Shown here: positions 26,899 through 36,267 of the stretch, one piece after another
Layout: each line of letters begins with the position of its first letter
Numbering within the stretch: position 1 is the first letter of the stretch
NCBI GenBank assembly: GCA_049691655.1
Contig: JBAVOB010000061.1
Location: 1 to 44,323, forward strand
DNA: 44,323 bases
Direction of reading: 5' to 3'
DNA from: Steroidobacteraceae bacterium
GTDB lineage: Bacteria > Pseudomonadota > Gammaproteobacteria > Steroidobacterales > Steroidobacteraceae
Notes under the pieces: model-generated
Database searches by the model: none
What the model was told of the DNA's origin: nothing
What the model saw: the letters and a program-made list of their open reading frames with translations, nothing else
Program-made: the position numbers and the translations under genes

Positions 26899-27327
26899 TC
26901 AGGATTTGCCCTTCGTAACGACCGCAAGCGTGACGAGCGCTTTGGCCACCAGGACCGCCGCCGCTCCCTCGCCCGCGAACACTTCGGATTCCGCGACGAT
27001 CAGCGTACGCCCGGGCTTGAGAACGCGGGCGTGACAGGTGAGTTGATCTCCGAATGCGGCGCGGAGCAGGTTGATGCTGAATTCTACCGTGAGCGGGTAC
27101 GAGCCGGGGTCGAGCACCGAACCGGCCGCTGCCCCGGCCGTGTGATCGGCGACGGTGGCGATGACCCCCGCGTGAACGATACCGTTTTGCTGCAGATGGC
27201 TGGGCTTGAGACGCAGCGTCGTGCGGCACTGCCCTGCGGACACCGACTCGAGTTCGACCCCGAGGCTCGCGATGAACGGCGCGGCCCGGAACATCTCGCG
27301 CAGCGCCTCAAGTGATGGCTCGGTCAT
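26899..27327 (-). CDS. PaaI family (hotdog-fold) thioesterase
   Basis: FIASLGVELESVSAGQC ... LQQNGIVHAGVIATVADHTAG is the canonical PaaI motif. The start overlaps the upstream stop as ATGA. Confidence 0.88.
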   Translation of the reverse strand: MTEPSLEALREMFRAAPFIASLGVELESVSAGQCRTTLRLKPSHLQQNGIVHAGVIATVADHTAGAAAGSVLDPGSYPLTVEFSINLLRAAFGDQLTCHARVLKPGRTLIVAESEVFAGEGAAAVLVAKALVTLAVVTKGKS

Positions 27328-28300
27328 GTCTGGTTCCCGGAAGGAGCTTGCACCGCGGTGATGATCACTTTCCCATGGGTTTCATCCTCGATGAAATGCC
27401 GGAGCGCGTCGCGGGCCGCACTCAGCGGGTAGGTACGGTCGATCACCGGCGTAATCTTGCCGGCTGCCAGAAGCTCGCTGAGGATCGTCATCGCCTCGCT
27501 TCGGGTGGGTCGCGGGACACGCGGGCCTCGCAGCTGCTTCACGAAACGTGAGAGGAAAATCAACCCGAGAAAGTGCGGGATGAGCCCAAGAACTCGCTTT
27601 CCCGATGCTCGGAACTTCTCGTGCCCGATGAGCACATAGCGCCCCTCAGGCTGGAGCGCGCGCCGCCGCGGGTGAAATCCTCCTGCGTGTAATCCATGAC
27701 TTCATCTGCCCCGAGCGCGCGCAGCATGCTCAGTTTGCTCGTGCCGTCCACGGCTGTCACGTGCGCGCCATAGGCCTTGGCGATCTGCAAGGCGAGGGCG
27801 CCCGCGCCGCCCCCGGCGCCATTCACCAGCACTTTCCGTCCCGAGAGCTCGGCCCCTTCCCGCAGGTTCTGCAGCACGATGAACCCGGAGGTGGGGACGG
27901 AAGCGGCTTGTTCGAATGTGACGTTCTCGGGCTTGAGCGCGAGCAAATCCTGCGGAACCGACACGTATTCGGCAAAGGCGCCGCCGTGGGTCCAGACATT
28001 CGTAACGGCGGTTTCGCCGAATACCGCGTCACGCGGCCAGAAGCGGGTCACGCCGGCGCCCACCGACTCGACGATTCCCGCCATGTCGGTGCCTGGAATG
28101 GGGTTGCGAGGCCTGGAAAGTCCCGCTCCCATCAGGCGCAGGATCAAGGGCCGCCCGGCCACGACATGCCAGACGTCCGGATGGACCGACGCCGCATGGA
28201 CCCGCACCAGAACCTGATCGTCGCCGACCGCAGGCTTCTCGACCTCGCGCCGCTCGAGATCATCGGGAGAACCATACCTTGTCTGGACGATCGCCTTCAT
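27324..28300 (-). pseudogene. MDR-family NAD(P)-dependent oxidoreductase disrupted by an out-of-frame internal deletion
   Basis: ORF 27560..28300 carries the N-terminal two thirds (VNGAGGGAGALALQIAK ... DYTQEDFTRGG). ORF 27324..27635 carries the C-terminal part in another frame (RALQPEGRYVLIGHEKF ... HGKVIITA). About 20 codons seen in the paralog at 11683..12789 (QRYDVILDNVGN...) are missing at the junction near 27655. Confidence 0.8.
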
Positions 28301-28333
28301 CGCCTCTTCAGGTCCTCAGGCGTGCGGGAGTCG

Positions 28334-29038
28334 TCACCGTCTGGCGCCTGCGCTCGCGGCTTTGCGCAGCGCCGCCCGCGCGAGCAGGCGAGTGGAATCG
28401 AGTGTCGGGAGCGGTGAGTTCTCGTCATTCAGGATCAGCGGCAGCTCGGTACACCCGAGCACCACGGCCTCGCAGCCCTGCTCACGGAAGCATTGAATCA
28501 CCGTCTGCAGATAGGCGACGCTGGTGGGCTTGAAGATCCCGCGCACGAGCTCTTCCATGATGATGCGACCGGTTTCCTCCCGCTCGGGCGCACCGGGTCT
28601 CACACACTCGATGCCGCGCGCCTGCAGCTTCTCGGGGTAGACCTCGCTCCCGACGAGCCAGTGCGTGCCCGTCAGGCCGACGCGCCGGTAGCCACGCGCG
28701 GCGGCTTCCGTCGCGACGACTTCCGCGATGTGCAGCCAGGGGAGCGGCGACCGGGGCTCGACGTACGCGAACGCCTGGTGGATGGTGTTGTCCGGACAGA
28801 TGAGAAAATCCGCGCCGATGCCGGCCAGCTTCCTCGCGGAAGCCAGCATCAGCCCGCCCACTCCCGCCCAGTCGCCCCGATCGAGGCAGCTCACGTACTC
28901 CGCGAACGACGGAGTGTGCATCGATACCTCGGGGTGGGCATGCGGCCCGAGCAGCGCCGCCCCGTCCGCGCAGATCGTTCGATAGCAGAGCGCCGCGCCC
29001 TCCGCGGAACAGCCCACGATCCCGATATGTTGTGTCAT
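28334..29038 (-). CDS. Aspartate/glutamate/hydantoin racemase family protein
   Basis: IGIVGCSAEGAALCYR ... ADFLICPDNTIH ... VVLGCTELPLI contains both catalytic Cys motifs. I chose the internal ATG at 29038. Confidence 0.85.
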   Translation of the reverse strand: MTQHIGIVGCSAEGAALCYRTICADGAALLGPHAHPEVSMHTPSFAEYVSCLDRGDWAGVGGLMLASARKLAGIGADFLICPDNTIHQAFAYVEPRSPLPWLHIAEVVATEAAARGYRRVGLTGTHWLVGSEVYPEKLQARGIECVRPGAPEREETGRIIMEELVRGIFKPTSVAYLQTVIQCFREQGCEAVVLGCTELPLILNDENSPLPTLDSTRLLARAALRKAASAGARR

Positions 29039-29088
29039 GGGCGGTGTGACAGGTGGCGCCGGCATCTAGCGTTCGCGCGAGCGCGTCG

Positions 29089-29343
29089 TCAGTTCACCCG
29101 CGAGACAGGGCCGCGGTCGCCACGAGGATCGCGCTCGAAGCGCGCCGCTTCGACAAAGCTGCCGAGCAGTCGAACGTTCGGTGCGGGCACGCAGCGCCCG
29201 GCTGCATCGATTGCCTGCGCGATAGTGAGCGATGGCGCACCGATCGGTCCCGGTTCGCGCGCCCGCACAAAGAAGCTGTCAGCGGTGGCGACGACAAGCC
29301 ACGCGACCATACCGACGATAACGGTCACCACCGTGCGAATCAT
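29089..29343 (-). CDS. Hypothetical small membrane-anchored protein
   Basis: 84 aa with the N-terminal helix MIRTVVTVIVGMVAWLVVA. GAGG lies 9 nt upstream. I recognise no family. Confidence 0.4.
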   Translation of the reverse strand: MIRTVVTVIVGMVAWLVVATADSFFVRAREPGPIGAPSLTIAQAIDAAGRCVPAPNVRLLGSFVEAARFERDPRGDRGPVSRVN

Positions 29344-29500
29344 GAGTCGTTACCTCGGCGTTCCATCCACGTCGGGCTCGAAATGGACGGTCGCTCATCT
29401 GGGGCTCCCTCGGAGGCCGATTGGTACGACACCTCCGACACGTGAAGGACACGCAAGACATCAAATAAAGAATCGACGCGGCTGGCGCTGGATGCAACGG

Positions 29501-31339
29501 CTAAATCGACTCGGGATCCTCCATGACTGTAATCCCTGTGATCGCGGAAATCTCGTTCAGCCGCTCCCGCAGTTCGGCTCGCCATCGATCATTGATGCCC
29601 TGCGCCGCGAGTAGCGCCTGGAAGCCCCGGTGCTGCTCCATGCGGGCAACCAGGGATCCTGGCAACCGTGCCCGTGCCAAGACACGCATGGGACCGAAGT
29701 CGATAAAGCTGACCGACTGCGCGCTCGTCGCTTTCGCGTACTGCTCGATCGCCGCATCCATCTCGCCCAGCATGCAGTTCGTGAGCACGAGATACGAGGG
29801 ATGAATATTCGAGAGCGCGCGCAGCCGCGCGTGATACTCCGCGATCCGGTCGGTCTGCTCCCGCCAGAAGTAGTAAAGCGCCTTCGAGATATACAGGAAC
29901 TGACCGTCATCCAGCGCATCGATATCGCGTTCCGCGTACTGGAACTGGCCCGTGCGCGAGTAAAGCGCCGATCTGGAGTAACGGAACATCGGGCGCCTCG
30001 GGTCCTTCTGTATTTCTGCCGACCACAAGCGGATGGCCTCGTCGAACTCACTCATGGCTGCGTAATACTCCGGCAATTCCTCATCGGCATCCGAGTCCTC
30101 GAAATTGTGCGAGGGCGAGTCGAACATGTGTTTCGCGAAATCCCGCGTCGCCACGAAGAAACCCGATGCTGACAGCACCCAGGTGAGTTGCTCGTAGCCA
30201 AAACTTCCCCATTCCGGATCATGGCTTCGGATCTTGTCGATCGCCTCGAGCGCTAGCGCCCGGAGGCCGGGTACGGAGTCCCGGTACAGCCGGCGATGAA
30301 TATGGATCCACGGAACCGGCGGCCGAAAACCGTACTTCTGCGCGTTGGCGCCGGCAACCCGTTCCTTCTCGAGCGTCTCGGGACCTCCACCGAAGTACCT
30401 GCACTTCATGTGGCAGGCCAGATAGAGTCGGTAATGAGCGCGGCCGAACGTCGGATCGACCGAAACCGCCCGTTCGAAACACCGGATCGCATCGTCGAAA
30501 TTCTGCCGGGTCGATTCCGAAAGCGCGTACCTGCCTAGCAGAAACGCGTTCAGCGCCTCGAGGCTCTTGGTGCCGGCATGTTCCAGCACGGGCGGCTCGG
30601 ACCCGCTGATCCCCAACGCCGGGCATATGGCAAGCACGACCTGCGCGGCGACTGCGTCCTGCACCTCGAATACGTTGGCCATCGACTGGTCGTATCGGTC
30701 GGTCCATAACGTCTCTCCGCTTGCGACGTTCTCCAGCCTGAACGCGAGTCGCAGTCTGTTTTCCGATGCCTGCAGGCGCCCCGTCAGGACCGTCTGAGCA
30801 GCGAACCGCAGGCCGACGACGCGCGGATCCAGTTTCTCTCCCTTGAGCGTCGCGGCGGAGATGACTCGCAGCCCTTCGATTCGCGACAGCCGATGCAACA
30901 CTTCCTCGGCGATCCCGTCGCACAGATACTCGATCTGCGGGTCGCCGCTGCGGTTGAAGAGCGGCAGGACGGCGACCGAGGCGCCGCCTCTTGCGCCGCT
31001 CGGGGGCACGGGCATCGCGACCACCGGAGCCGCGAGCCGGTAGCCGGCCTTCGGGATCGTCTCGATGTATTCGAAATCCTTGCCATCCTGCGACAGCGCC
31101 TGGCGTAGGTCGGCAATGCAGTTGTAGATCGTGCCGCTCGAGACGACCTTGCCGCGCCAGAGGTCATCATGCAGGGAGTCGAGGGTCGCGACCTTCCCTT
31201 GCAGCTCGGCGAGGTGGACCAGCACCTCCATCAACTGCTTGCGCAGATAAACCGACTGGCTGGTCGTGCTGATCCGATTGAGATCAGGCTCGACCAGCCA
31301 GTCCCCTACCGCAAACGGAGTCCGATTTTGCACCGACAA
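29501..31339 (-). CDS. CadC/OmpR-type winged-helix transcriptional regulator with TolB-like and TPR-like C-terminal regions
   Basis: The N-terminus (FAVGDWLVEPDLNRIS ... LMEVLVHLAE ... IETIPKAGYRL) is a trans_reg_C DNA-binding domain with no receiver domain. It is followed by SVAVLPLFNRSGDPQIEYLCDGIAEEV, a TolB_N-like region, and then helical repeats. The ORF has a TTG start. Confidence 0.85.
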   Translation of the reverse strand: MSVQNRTPFAVGDWLVEPDLNRISTTSQSVYLRKQLMEVLVHLAELQGKVATLDSLHDDLWRGKVVSSGTIYNCIADLRQALSQDGKDFEYIETIPKAGYRLAAPVVAMPVPPSGARGGASVAVLPLFNRSGDPQIEYLCDGIAEEVLHRLSRIEGLRVISAATLKGEKLDPRVVGLRFAAQTVLTGRLQASENRLRLAFRLENVASGETLWTDRYDQSMANVFEVQDAVAAQVVLAICPALGISGSEPPVLEHAGTKSLEALNAFLLGRYALSESTRQNFDDAIRCFERAVSVDPTFGRAHYRLYLACHMKCRYFGGGPETLEKERVAGANAQKYGFRPPVPWIHIHRRLYRDSVPGLRALALEAIDKIRSHDPEWGSFGYEQLTWVLSASGFFVATRDFAKHMFDSPSHNFEDSDADEELPEYYAAMSEFDEAIRLWSAEIQKDPRRPMFRYSRSALYSRTGQFQYAERDIDALDDGQFLYISKALYYFWREQTDRIAEYHARLRALSNIHPSYLVLTNCMLGEMDAAIEQYAKATSAQSVSFIDFGPMRVLARARLPGSLVARMEQHRGFQALLAAQGINDRWRAELRERLNEISAITGITVMEDPESI

Positions 31340-31555
31340 GACCTGGCGTTGCCTTCACATGCGTCCAGGAAGCCATTGATATTGCCCCAAAAAATGATAC
31401 GCCGGTCGGCGCCTCATGCATAGGAAAGCAGGGCCCGGGAGCGGCCGGTGAGAAAAATCCGATGAAAGTCTGAAGAAACCTTGCGAGTCCTCGGCGCGAG
31501 CGCGCGCTAGCTTCGTTCTCGGCACCACGAATCGCGCTAACAGAGGAGAGACCCA

Positions 31556-31828
31556 ATGCCCGAATTTGTCATCGAGCGAGAGATTCCCGGCGCGGGCAAG
31601 TTCTCACGCGAGGACCTCAAGGCCATTTCGCAAAAATCCTGCTCGGTCCTCGGTCAGCTCGGGACCGGCATCCAATGGATTCACAGCCATGTCACGGACG
31701 ACAAGATTTATTGCATCTACCGCGCTGCCAGCGCGGACCTGATCCGCCGGCACGCGGCCCAAGGCGGCTTCCCGAGCAATTCCATCGCGCAGATCAGGGC
31801 CACCATCGACCCGACGACCGCTGAATAG
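31556..31828 (+). CDS. DUF4242 domain-containing protein (cytoplasmic form)
   Basis: MPEFVIEREIPGAGKFSREDLKAISQKSCSVL ... WIHSHVTDDKIYCIY ... IDPTTAE is a typical DUF4242 sequence. Confidence 0.85.
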   Translation: MPEFVIEREIPGAGKFSREDLKAISQKSCSVLGQLGTGIQWIHSHVTDDKIYCIYRAASADLIRRHAAQGGFPSNSIAQIRATIDPTTAE

Positions 31829-31876
31829 ATCGCCCGTTACATCACATCGCGTAATACATCCACAGGAGAACCAGCG

Positions 31877-32425
31877 ATGAACAAATTGCTTCCGAGTCTA
31901 TTTCTTGCCGCGCTTCCGGTACTCGCATCGTCTGTCGCGATCGCCGACGACGGGAGAGACAGAGACGATTCCCGAAGCGACCACTCGCCTTTGGTCGAAA
32001 AGGTCCGCAACGCGACCGCGAAATATCTAGATATCAATCGGGCGCTTGCCGATAAATACGTTGCCGCCACGCCGTGCGTTAGTGGCCCCAATTACGGGGC
32101 CATGGGCGTGCACTTCGTCCGGCTGGACTTGTTGCAGGACGACGGGGCGGTGAACGCGGAGACACCGGAGGCGCTCATCTACGAGCCGACGGCAGACGGA
32201 CGAATGCGTCTGGTCGGAGTCGAGTTCATTTCCCTTGCGTCCAACTGGACGAATGGCAAGGTACCAGTGCTCGACGGTCACTTGCTCAACTACGTTGGCG
32301 CGCCGAACCGCTACGGTTTGCCGGCGTTCTATGAAATGCACGTCTGGGCCTGGCGCGACAATTCGGAAGGAAGCTTCTCCGACTGGAATCGCCGCGTGTC
32401 CTGCGAACAGCAGGCGGCTCACTAG
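31877..32425 (+). CDS. Secreted conserved hypothetical protein
   Basis: The signal peptide is MNKLLPSLFLAALPVLASSVAIA. The mature part contains PCVSGPNYGAMGVHF ... YEMHVWAWRDN ... VSC. Confidence 0.75.
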   Translation: MNKLLPSLFLAALPVLASSVAIADDGRDRDDSRSDHSPLVEKVRNATAKYLDINRALADKYVAATPCVSGPNYGAMGVHFVRLDLLQDDGAVNAETPEALIYEPTADGRMRLVGVEFISLASNWTNGKVPVLDGHLLNYVGAPNRYGLPAFYEMHVWAWRDNSEGSFSDWNRRVSCEQQAAH

Positions 32426-32447
32426 ATCCACTTGCATGGAGGGGATG

Positions 32448-32807
32448 ATGGTGAACAAACTAGTTGCAGTACTATCGTTGCTGGTGTGCGGGTATGCGCT
32501 CGCGGCGGAATCGCCTGCAGCATCGGGTGCGTCGGCGGTCAAGCCGGCGGTTCACCGCTTTCTCGTCGAGCGGAGTTTCGCTCCCGGGGCGCTCGCGGGC
32601 CTCGACGCCGCGACCAAGAGAAAGGTGAACCGCAACAACGCGTCGGTCGGCGTCCGCTGGGTCGAATCGTACGCCACCGCGGACAAGACCAAGACCTATT
32701 GCATCTACACAGGCCCGAGCGAGGAAGCCGTGCGCAAGGCCGCGGCGCTCAATTCGCTGCCGGTCGATCGGATCACGGAGGTGCCGGTAACCTTGCGACC
32801 GAAGTAA
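32448..32807 (+). CDS. DUF4242 domain-containing protein with signal peptide
   Basis: GGAGG lies just upstream. The signal peptide MVNKLVAVLSLLVCGYALAAE is followed by HRFLVERSF ... WVESYATADKTKTYCIY ... ITEV. The start could be anywhere in 32436-32451. Confidence 0.75.
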   Translation: MVNKLVAVLSLLVCGYALAAESPAASGASAVKPAVHRFLVERSFAPGALAGLDAATKRKVNRNNASVGVRWVESYATADKTKTYCIYTGPSEEAVRKAAALNSLPVDRITEVPVTLRPK

Positions 32808-32837
32808 CAAAGACGTCCCGGGTCTGGCCGGGCGTCT

Positions 32838-32929
32838 TGGCATCTCGCCGGGAAGATTCTGGTCGTCGCACCTGTCCGCGCAGCGCAGCCGCTCGCGTGG
32901 CGCGCGCAGAACGCGGTGAAGTCGGACGG
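32838..32929 (-). pseudogene. SRPBCC/AHSA1-family gene remnant (internally deleted paralog of 35770..36222)
   Basis: It encodes VRLHRVLRAPRERLRCADR-CDDQNLPGEM. The intact gene has IRLHRVLRAPPERVYRAF ... DRFDDPNLPGEM. There is a 25-nt identity between 32902..32926 and 36176..36200. Confidence 0.55.
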
Positions 32930-33257
32930 CGCCGAAGTCTTTTACTGGAAACACGCTCAGGCTTCGTGCAACCAGCTCCCGCCGGAACGTGCCGCAGGCA
33001 TACTTCTGCGTGTGGGCGAGGATGTCCTCACGCGTCCACGTCATGCCACCGGTGTCGTGATAGAACTCGACATCTGTCGCGAAGTAGCTCGCGTGCTTCT
33101 TGAGCTGATCCGGTGGGCTGCGGCGACCGAACGCGCCGACCACGGCGGAATCCGGTGCCGAGATCATGATGAACAAAGGGTCGAACAGGTGATTGGCTTG
33201 GGGCTGTGCGATCGAGCTGACGCCTGAGCAGGCGCTCAGCGGCAACAGCGTAGTCAA
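32930..33257 (-). pseudogene. NTF2-like (DUF4440-type) lipoprotein gene, 3'-truncated and fused in frame to the SRPBCC remnant
   Basis: A TTG start overlaps the upstream stop as TTGA. The lipobox LLPLSAC is present, then YFATDVEFYHDTGGMTWTREDI ... RRELVARSLSVFPVKDFGAV. The expected last ~45 aa of the fold are missing. Confidence 0.5.
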
Positions 33258-33817
33258 TGCAGTCGTGCAAACAGGATTGCGACGTACGCGCCCATCAGGA
33301 GTGCAGCCACGACCGCCAGGATTTCGTTGAAGCGCTCGCCCCGCACCAGCATCGCCGAGACGCACGAGATCGCGAAGAACGCATGAAACGCGAGGTTCTC
33401 CGGCGAGGCAAACCGACCGTAGAGGATCACGTCCTTTGCGACGCTCACGACCACGGCCGCGAGCAGGAAGCCGAAGAGCCAGCGTCTGTGTTTCTCGTAG
33501 TGGATTCGCAGATCCACCCCTGCCTCGTCGACTTTCTCCGGCAGGACGATCGCTGCCACCATGTAAAGCGCAATCGTCTGCAGCAGCACGATCGCAAACG
33601 CGGGAAAAGTCCAGGTGGTGTAATGGCGCAGCACGAACATCGCCCACCATGACTGGATGAATATCAGCAGCAGCACACCCGCCCAGAGCAGGGTCGGCCA
33701 GTGGAAACGCACCCGGTCCCTGTGCGTGATCAGACGACCGCTCGCCGTCAACAAATGACTGATGCCGAGGCCGATGATGATCGACAACAGGACTGAGAGG
33801 TAGGTGAACGCGTCCAT
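33254..33817 (-). CDS. Hypothetical integral membrane protein
   Basis: 187 aa with six hydrophobic helices. I recognise no family. Confidence 0.7.
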   Translation of the reverse strand: MDAFTYLSVLLSIIIGLGISHLLTASGRLITHRDRVRFHWPTLLWAGVLLLIFIQSWWAMFVLRHYTTWTFPAFAIVLLQTIALYMVAAIVLPEKVDEAGVDLRIHYEKHRRWLFGFLLAAVVVSVAKDVILYGRFASPENLAFHAFFAISCVSAMLVRGERFNEILAVVAALLMGAYVAILFARLH

Positions 33818-33955
33818 GTTGAGGCAGAGGTCAGGGGCACAAAGGTCAAACCGGTTAGGTGATCGACATTCCTGCGGCGCGATGCCATAGCTTCAGCGCG
33901 ATGCGAACGGTCGTCAAGACGCCTGGAGTCTGCTACACGTCGAAGCCGACATCGC

Positions 33956-34192
33956 TTACCCGTGGCCGGGCGATGACTTCATGCCTTTGAACGCACAGTA
34001 GCCGCAAACTGCCGCGGCCAGCCAGCTGAGAAAGGCAAGGACCCACTCGTGCCCCGCAAAGTACGGGCGATTCAGTGACAGGGGCACGATTCCACTGACG
34101 GCAATGCCGCCAAGAGTCGCGAACAGCAATGCCAGCACGGCGCTCGATCGGGGTCGCGCGACGAGGAATCCAAGGGAAGCACGGATAGACAT
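33956..34192 (-). CDS. Hypothetical small membrane protein
   Basis: 78 aa with two hydrophobic helices. Confidence 0.5.
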   Translation of the reverse strand: MSIRASLGFLVARPRSSAVLALLFATLGGIAVSGIVPLSLNRPYFAGHEWVLAFLSWLAAAVCGYCAFKGMKSSPGHG

Positions 34193-34240
34193 GACTTCTT
34201 TCTATCTTGTGCCCGAGAAACGCGACGCGCAGCGATGCAA

Positions 34241-34801
34241 CTAACCGGCGCGCCGCTTGCGCCGCGTCCCGCTTGGGCGGTTCGTTCGCCCATCCAATTC
34301 AGCGAGCAGCTTGCGGCCGCGAGCTTTCATGGCCGGTGTACCCCTGGCAGTGAGTGGTCGCAATCGCCGCAGAACGCTCGGCCGCAAGTGCGGCGCTTTC
34401 CGGGCAAGATCGGCAAGCGCCTGCATCGCGAACGTCCTCACGATGCTGCTGCGGTCGTTCAGGTACTCACGAAGTATGCGCAGCACCTGTCGCCGCTCGG
34501 TTGGACCCCACTCGACTCGAGGCAGCATTTGCGCGACATGCCATCGAACCTCCTGCTGATCGCTTTGCGCGACCTGATCGATGAGCTGGGACCTGAAGCC
34601 GCGCAGATATTCGGGATGGCACGCCGTGATTTTCTCAATGGCATCGGCCGAACGCATTCGGATCAACGGGTCGTCCGTCAACATCCCCGAAAAGACGACG
34701 TCGAACAATCGCGGATGGGCGAGCACTTCCGCCACGACTTCATTCGACCGGCCGATGGAACGTCGGTCGCCGCCGCCGAGCTTATCGAGAATCGGATGCA
34801 T
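34241..34801 (-). CDS. HEAT/ARM-like helical repeat protein (DNA-alkylation-repair-like fold)
   Basis: 186 aa of helical repeats (DDPLIRMRSADAIEKI ... QEVRWHVAQMLPRV ... DRSSIVRTFAMQALADL) with a basic tail. Confidence 0.65.
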   Translation of the reverse strand: MHPILDKLGGGDRRSIGRSNEVVAEVLAHPRLFDVVFSGMLTDDPLIRMRSADAIEKITACHPEYLRGFRSQLIDQVAQSDQQEVRWHVAQMLPRVEWGPTERRQVLRILREYLNDRSSIVRTFAMQALADLARKAPHLRPSVLRRLRPLTARGTPAMKARGRKLLAELDGRTNRPSGTRRKRRAG

Positions 34802-34853
34802 GAGCGGCGGCGGTCACGGGCTCGGACATGGGCGGCTCCGGTTGAGCGAGGGG

Positions 34854-35675
34854 TCAGGCAGCGCGGCCTTCAAGCCTGAACACTCGCGCGGCATTGCGTC
34901 CGAGGAACAGCGCCCGGGCCTCCGCATCCAGGCCGAGCGCGTCGAGGCCTGCCAGCGCCTTCTCCGGCAGGATCATCGGATAGTTACTCCCGAAGAGAAT
35001 CTTCGCGCGGCCGTGGCTGCGCATGAATTCGACGAGGCTCGCGGGATAGCGACGCGCGGTGTAGGCGGAAGTGTCGATGAATACGTTCTCGTGCTTGGTC
35101 GCCACCGCAAGCGCCTCGTCGGTCCAGGGATACCCGATGTGGCCGGCAACGATCCGAAGCTCGGGAAAGTCGAGCGCCACCTGATCGAGATAGATCGGTC
35201 GGCCCACTTCACTCGGCATGAGCGGGCCGGTATGCCCGATCTGCGTGCAGAACGGGACGCCGAGATCCGCGCACGCCGTATACACAGGATAGAAACGCCG
35301 GTCGGTGGGCGGGACCTCCCAAAGCCAGGGGAGTACCCGGATCGCCTTGAAGCCGAGCTCACTGATGCAGCGGCGTACCTCCCGCACGGCGACCATCGGG
35401 CGGGAGAGGTCCACGGACCCGACCCCTAGAAGGCGGCCCGGAGCCTGGGCGACGAACGCTGCGACTTCGTCGTTCGAGATCAGCGCTCGCCGTGGCGCCA
35501 CCCAGGCGCTGATGAACGCCCGCTCCACCCCTGCGCGATCCATCGCGGCGATCGTGGCCGAGACCGGCAGCTCCTCGGTCGGCGCGCGGGTCTTCGTCCA
35601 GTGCCGGAGTGGCTCAAACATGGGATCGGCCGCGAACCGCAGGGTGGGGTGCTGGCTCCACGCGTCGATGATCAT
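34854..35675 (-). CDS. Amidohydrolase-2 (ACMSD-like) family metal-dependent hydrolase
   Basis: MIIDAWSQHP ... FKAIRV ... CTQIGHTGP ... IVAGHIGYPW ... NVFIDTSAY ... ILFGSNYP is the typical pattern for this family. Confidence 0.88.
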   Translation of the reverse strand: MIIDAWSQHPTLRFAADPMFEPLRHWTKTRAPTEELPVSATIAAMDRAGVERAFISAWVAPRRALISNDEVAAFVAQAPGRLLGVGSVDLSRPMVAVREVRRCISELGFKAIRVLPWLWEVPPTDRRFYPVYTACADLGVPFCTQIGHTGPLMPSEVGRPIYLDQVALDFPELRIVAGHIGYPWTDEALAVATKHENVFIDTSAYTARRYPASLVEFMRSHGRAKILFGSNYPMILPEKALAGLDALGLDAEARALFLGRNAARVFRLEGRAA

Positions 35676-35769
35676 GACGGTTGTCCGGTAGTCTCAGGTC
35701 AGGAAGGTGGCGGCGGCATGGGTTGCGACGCATAACGTCCGCTCGGGCGAACGTTCATGCGTCGGCCCT

Positions 35770-36222
35770 TCACCCCGGAATCTCGGGCTCGACCAGCTTC
35801 GCAAGTTGCGCGAGCGACTCCTGCCAGCCGAGATAGCACATCTCGACCGGGATGGCTTCCGGCACGCCTTCCTGCAATACGCTCAGCTCGGTTCCGCACG
35901 ACACTCGCTTCAGGGTCACCGTTGCCTGCATCTCTCCCGGCAGGTTCGGATCGTCGAACCGGTCCGTATAGCAAATCTTCTCGAACGGCACGAGCTCGCG
36001 ATATTCGCCGCCAAAGGCGTGACCGCGGCCCGCCGAGAAGTTCGTGAACGTCATCCGGTAGGTGCCGCCGACCTTGGCATCCATGTGGTGAACCCTGCAG
36101 GTGTAACCGTAGGGTGGCAGCCACTTGGCCATGGCGTCCGCGTCCAGAAACGCCCGATAGACGCGCTCGGGAGGGGCGCGCAGAACGCGGTGAAGTCGGA
36201 TGGTGCCTGTGGGCATGATCAA
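35770..36222 (-). CDS. SRPBCC (AHSA1/Aha1-like) family protein
   Basis: IRLHRVLRAPPERVYRAFLDADAMAKWLPP ... GGTYRMTF ... DDPNLPGEM is the canonical AHSA1 bacterial family signature. Confidence 0.88.
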   Translation of the reverse strand: MIMPTGTIRLHRVLRAPPERVYRAFLDADAMAKWLPPYGYTCRVHHMDAKVGGTYRMTFTNFSAGRGHAFGGEYRELVPFEKICYTDRFDDPNLPGEMQATVTLKRVSCGTELSVLQEGVPEAIPVEMCYLGWQESLAQLAKLVEPEIPG

Positions 36223-36267
36223 TTCCCCTCTCGATTTGCTATACGGCGGAACGCGGCATCAGCCGTC

